DNA of 64,000 bases. It comes from an uncultured Clostridia bacterium (GTDB taxonomy: Bacteria; Bacillota; Clostridia; TANB77; CAG-508). Below are positions 60,052-64,000 of this stretch, piece by piece (positions within the stretch are counted from its first letter, which is position 1; each line of letters starts with the position of its first letter). The translations under genes and the position numbers were made by a program. The notes under the pieces are model-generated. The model had not been told where the DNA came from and searched no databases. It saw nothing but the letters and a program-made list of their open reading frames with translations. Location of the stretch: positions 128,058-192,057 of the forward strand of contig CAKPIA010000001.1 of the NCBI GenBank assembly GCA_934162205.1, in the 5' to 3' direction.

Positions 60052-61356
60052 TTATTTTATTATATCTATTATAGTCTTTGGCTTTTCTTGTTCTTGATTT
60101 GATATTTTAAATATATTTAATATTTCATTATATTTATTTGTTTTTTCGATTTTCTTATTTGAATATACTGTTGCTAATATATCCCCCACTTTTACTTTGC
60201 TAGCTATTTTTTTATTTAATATAATTCCTACAGTATTATCAATATTATCTTCTTTTCTTATTCTTCCAGCACCTAAACTACACGCAAATTTTCCAATTTG
60301 TTCTGCATTTATTTCTTTAATATATCCATTTTCTTTAGCTATTATTGGAGTTATATATTTAGCTTTTTCAAATTTTTCAGTATTTTCTACATAAGATATA
60401 TCTCCATTTTGATTTTTTACCAATTCTAAAAATTTATTATATGCTTTTCCATTTTTTATATTTTCTAGCATTTTTTCTTTATTTTGCCTAATATCTTCAC
60501 CTTTTCCAGCTAGTTTAATCATATAACTTCCTAGTTCTAAGACAACTTGTTTTAAATCTTCTGGCATATTTCCTTTTAAGAAATTTATTGCTTCTATAAC
60601 TTCCAAAGAATTTCCAACTGCATGTCCAATAGGTTCATCCATATTTGTAAGTACACAAATTGTTTCTCTATTTGTTAATTCTCCTATTTTTATCATTTCT
60701 TTCGATAATGCAATTGCATCTTCTTTTGTCTTCATAAATGCACCTTTTCCAACTGTTACATCTAAAGCAATTTTATTTGCACCTGCTGCTATTTTTTTGC
60801 TCATTATACTTGAAGCTATAAGTGGCATACTTTCTACACAAGATATTGTATCACGAAGTGCATATATTTTTTTATCTGCTGGTGCTAAATTAGCAGTCTG
60901 TCCAATCATACTTATTCCTATGTTTTCCACATTTTGTATAAAATTGTGTATATCTATATTGGTTTTATATCCTGGTATGGATTCTAATTTATCTACTGTT
61001 CCTCCTGTAAATCCTAATCCTCTTCCTGACATTTTTGCAACAGGTATTCCTAGCGAAGCTATTATTGGCAATAGTATTATTGATACTTTATCACCAACTC
61101 CACCTGTACTATGTTTATCTACTACATTTTCTCCAAATTTTGATAAATCTAAAACATCTCCCGAATTCGCCATTGCAAATGTTAAATTTACAATTTCCTC
61201 ATCAGTCATTCCATTTATATATATAGCCATTACTAATGCAGCTGCTTGATAATCTGTTATTTCATTATTTGTATATGCATTTACAAAATAATCTATTTCT
61301 TCTTTGCTCAATATTTTCTTATCTCTTTTTTTAGCTATTATTTCTAATATATTCAT
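60052..61356 (-). CDS. pdp: Pyrimidine-nucleoside phosphorylase.
   Basis: VDKHSTGGVGDK phosphate-binding loop. Length is 434 aa. Confidence 0.9.
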   Translation of the reverse strand: MNILEIIAKKRDKKILSKEEIDYFVNAYTNNEITDYQAAALVMAIYINGMTDEEIVNLTFAMANSGDVLDLSKFGENVVDKHSTGGVGDKVSIILLPIIASLGIPVAKMSGRGLGFTGGTVDKLESIPGYKTNIDIHNFIQNVENIGISMIGQTANLAPADKKIYALRDTISCVESMPLIASSIMSKKIAAGANKIALDVTVGKGAFMKTKEDAIALSKEMIKIGELTNRETICVLTNMDEPIGHAVGNSLEVIEAINFLKGNMPEDLKQVVLELGSYMIKLAGKGEDIRQNKEKMLENIKNGKAYNKFLELVKNQNGDISYVENTEKFEKAKYITPIIAKENGYIKEINAEQIGKFACSLGAGRIRKEDNIDNTVGIILNKKIASKVKVGDILATVYSNKKIEKTNKYNEILNIFKISNQEQEKPKTIIDIIK

Positions 61357-61420
61357 TTTTTCTCCTTCTATTGATTTTTAAGCTAATCTATGATATAATT
61401 TTTTCATTAAATCCTAAAGG

Positions 61421-61537
61421 AGGAATTATGTATGAAAAAATTGTTAGTAGCAATTGCTGTAGCAATCACAAGTATCATCGGAGCTTTTATTGGTCTTTCA
61501 ATACTTAGCTACCTTATGATACCACCAGAGGATGACT
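61421..61537 (+). CDS. Small membrane peptide of 38 aa. Not in the ORF track.
   Basis: RBS AGGAGG. MKKLLVAIAVAITSIIGAFIGLSILSYLMIPPEDDYFL. Followed by a terminator. Confidence 0.4.
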
Positions 61538-61543
61538 ATTTTT

Positions 61544-61575
61544 TATAATCCTCTCAAGCACTGGTCTAACCAGTG
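61544..61575. terminator. Hairpin terminator.
   Basis: CAAGCACTGG-TCTAA-CCAGTGCTTG plus T-rich tail. Confidence 0.65.
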
Positions 61576-61580
61576 CTTGT

Positions 61581-62213
61581 TTATATAAAATGTGTTGTAA
61601 AACTTTTTCTATGTAATGGACATAAACCATATTCTTTTATTGCAGAAATATGTGCTGATGTTCCATATCCTTTATGTTTTCCAAATCCATATTGCGGATA
61701 TATTTTATCCCATTCTCTCATAATCCTATCCCTTGTAACTTTTGCAATTATAGATGCAGCTGCTATACTATATGACTTTGCATCTCCTTTTATAATTGAT
61801 TCATAAGGAATTCCATTTGTATCAATATGTGTTAATGCATCAACTAATATCAAATCTGGTTTTACTTTTAATTCCTTAATTGATTTGGTTAATCCTTTTT
61901 TAGTTGCATTTAATATATTTATTTCATCTATTTCATTTTGATCTATAATTCCAATTCCATAACTAATTGCTTCATCTAAAATTAAATCATATAATTTTTC
62001 TCTCTTCTTTTCTGAAACTTTTTTTGAGTCATTTACTCCTTCTATCATAGAATCTCTTGGCATTATAACACTTGCTACAACCACCGGTCCAGCCAACGGA
62101 CCTCTTCCAGCTTCATCAATTCCACATATATATTTAAAATTTTCACTTTTATTATATATATCTTCTTCTATTTTTTTTAAGTTAGTTAGTCTTTCAATTT
62201 CTTTTTCTTTCAT
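61581..62213 (-). CDS. rnhB: Ribonuclease HII.
   Basis: ICGIDEAGRGPLAGPVV catalytic motif. Length is 210 aa. Confidence 0.9.
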   Translation of the reverse strand: MKEKEIERLTNLKKIEEDIYNKSENFKYICGIDEAGRGPLAGPVVVASVIMPRDSMIEGVNDSKKVSEKKREKLYDLILDEAISYGIGIIDQNEIDEINILNATKKGLTKSIKELKVKPDLILVDALTHIDTNGIPYESIIKGDAKSYSIAAASIIAKVTRDRIMREWDKIYPQYGFGKHKGYGTSAHISAIKEYGLCPLHRKSFTTHFI

Positions 62214-62216
62214 TTT

Positions 62217-62684
62217 TTACTCCATATTTTGTAATTGTGTTAATGTATATTTAATTTTATTATTTTCTTCAAAACCTTTTGTATATAAGATTTCTACTGT
62301 TAAATTTTCTTTATTATATTTAACAAAATAATACTCGTTTTCTGGCAATTTTATATCTGATAAATTCATATTATTTAATTTTTCTTGGTTTAAATAATAC
62401 CAGTCACTTGAATAATTTTCTCCAGCCTTTTTCAATTTTGAAACTTTTTCTGTATCTGTTTCTTGTATTTGAACTCCTATTAATTTTGATTCATCTTTAC
62501 TGAAATTATATTCTTCTAGTGCTGTCTTTGTTTTAGCTTCTACTAATAACATATTTGTTTTTAAACTTTCTAATTGTGCTTTTTTTATTAAAGAATATCC
62601 TCCTGTAATTGTAACACCAGCTAATATTAGCATTATAACTATTGTTATTACAAGTGTTACCATAGTTATACCTTTATTATTCAT
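62217..62684 (-). CDS. Pilin-like protein. Paralog of the 45155-45577 pilin with the same Glu5-less leader.
   Basis: MNNKG|ITMVTLVITIVIMLILAGV. Its stop lies 3 nt upstream of the rnhB start. Confidence 0.55.
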   Translation of the reverse strand: MNNKGITMVTLVITIVIMLILAGVTITGGYSLIKKAQLESLKTNMLLVEAKTKTALEEYNFSKDESKLIGVQIQETDTEKVSKLKKAGENYSSDWYYLNQEKLNNMNLSDIKLPENEYYFVKYNKENLTVEILYTKGFEENNKIKYTLTQLQNME

Positions 62685-62926
62685 TTTATTTCCACCCTTT
62701 ATATTTTTTCTATATTATATATTTATAATTATTAGTTTTCAACAAATTTTTACAATTTTATAATTAATTTAATAAGCATTGTTAATTTGTATTCTTATAA
62801 AATAATTTATTATTTTTGTGTTCCATTAAAATTTATATTTTTTTCACAAAAAATTCACAAATGTATTGTATCATAATAATAATTTAGGTTATTATATAAA
62901 AAATAACTAATTAGGAGGTTATATTA

Positions 62927-64000
62927 TGAGTGAAAATGAAAACAAAAATAATGCATTTCAAAGCATAAAAGATTCTAGTAAATATAATGATTTTTATTCA
63001 AAAGATGAAAAATCTCACTCTAGTTTCGGTAAAACTGTTGTAATTCCATTTTTTAGTGGAATTGTTGGTTGTAGTTTAGTTATAGGTACTTGTTTTGGAG
63101 TTCCTAGCATAAAAGAAAAAATTGTAGGTGTTTCAAATTCATCTGTTCAAACATCTAGTTCTTCTACTTCTTCTAATTCGTCAACATCAACACTTACAAA
63201 CGTATCTTTATCAAATTATTCAGATACTTCTATATATGCAGCAAACAAGATTTTACCATCAATTGTAGGTATTACAATTGAATATAATGTAAGTAGTTCC
63301 TTAGGTTCTTTCTTTGGAAACAAACAACAGACTTCTACTGCTACAGCAAGTGGTTCTGGAATTATTATAAAATCTGATGGATATATTTTAACGAATAACC
63401 ACGTTGTTTCTACATCATCATCTAGCAATTCTTTTTATGATATATCTGAAGCAACAAAAATAACAGTCAAATTATATAATGATGATACAGAATATGAAGC
63501 AAAAATAATTGGTCAAGATGAACAAACAGATTTAGCTATAATAAAAATTGATAAATCAGACTTAACAGCTGCAGAACTTGCAGATTCTAGCAAAGTAAAA
63601 GTTGGAGAATTTGCTATGGCAGTTGGAAGTCCTTTAGGTATGGAAAGTTCTATAACTTGTGGTGTAGTTAGTGCAACTAATAGACAAGTAACAGATTCTG
63701 ACGGAAAAACATTTACACTTATTCAAACAGATGCTGCAATAAATTCTGGGAACAGTGGTGGTGCTCTTGTTAATAGTGAAGGAAAAGTAATTGGTGTAAA
63801 TACAATGAAAGTTTCTTCTACAGGTGTTGAAGGTATGGGATTTGCAATTCCTATAAATTCTACTTTAGATGTTACTAATCAATTAATTCAATATAATAAA
63901 GTAAAAAGACCATATATTGGAATTGGTGGTTTAGATTTAGATGAAAAAACTGCTAAAGCTAATAATTTAGTAAAAGGTGTATATGTAAAAACAATAGAAA
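62927..64000 (+). CDS. htrA: HtrA/DegP-family serine protease. The 3' end is truncated by the window.
   Basis: RBS AGGAGG. N-terminal TM segment and a trypsin-like domain with GNSGGAL. The catalytic His is in TNNHVV. Confidence 0.85.

Noticed and set aside
1-64000. CRISPR arrays, prophage, IS transposases or integrases.
   Set aside because: No short direct-repeat/spacer arrays and no transposase, integrase or phage structural ORFs were recognisable. The only repeated elements are the three MITE-like copies.

Overview
This is a very AT-rich (about 22-25% GC) chromosomal segment from a spore-forming low-GC Firmicute that looks Clostridia-like. Coding is dense and mostly on the minus strand.

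The backbone is housekeeping and sporulation genes. These include a frameshifted recO, era, ybeY, yqfC/yqfD, an alpha/beta-type SASP, hpf, uvrC, glmS with its ribozyme, bofA, serS, engB, gltX, RNase J, rsmB, spoVAC/AD/AEb, infC-rpmI-rplT, truA, cdaA, pdp, rnhB and htrA.

The accessory or otherwise notable content is as follows:
- An agr-like quorum-sensing locus (LytTR response regulator, AgrC-like kinase, AgrB) whose 39-aa AgrD-like propeptide gene is missing from the ORF track.
- Directly upstream of agrB, a modestly GC-elevated operon encoding an unusual flavoprotein(HFCD)/class-II-aldolase fusion, a TrmL-like SPOUT methyltransferase and a SAM methyltransferase.
- A purA gene at about 40-45% GC that is clearly foreign in composition.
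- A complete type IV pilus cluster (pilM/N fusion, pilO, pilD, pilB, pilT, pilC) whose pilin-like proteins lack the canonical Glu5. An unlinked paralog sits next to rnhB.
- An orphan membrane-anchored TraG/VirD4-like ATPase.
- Three copies of an approximately 130-bp MITE-like repeat. Each has terminal inverted repeats and a GC-rich nested-hairpin core, and each sits beside a terminator.
- Two clear single-base frameshifts (recO and an RluA-family pseudouridine synthase), plus a possible third at the 3' end of serS. All three occur in a similar sequence context.

No CRISPR array, rRNA, tRNA, transposase or integrase genes were seen.
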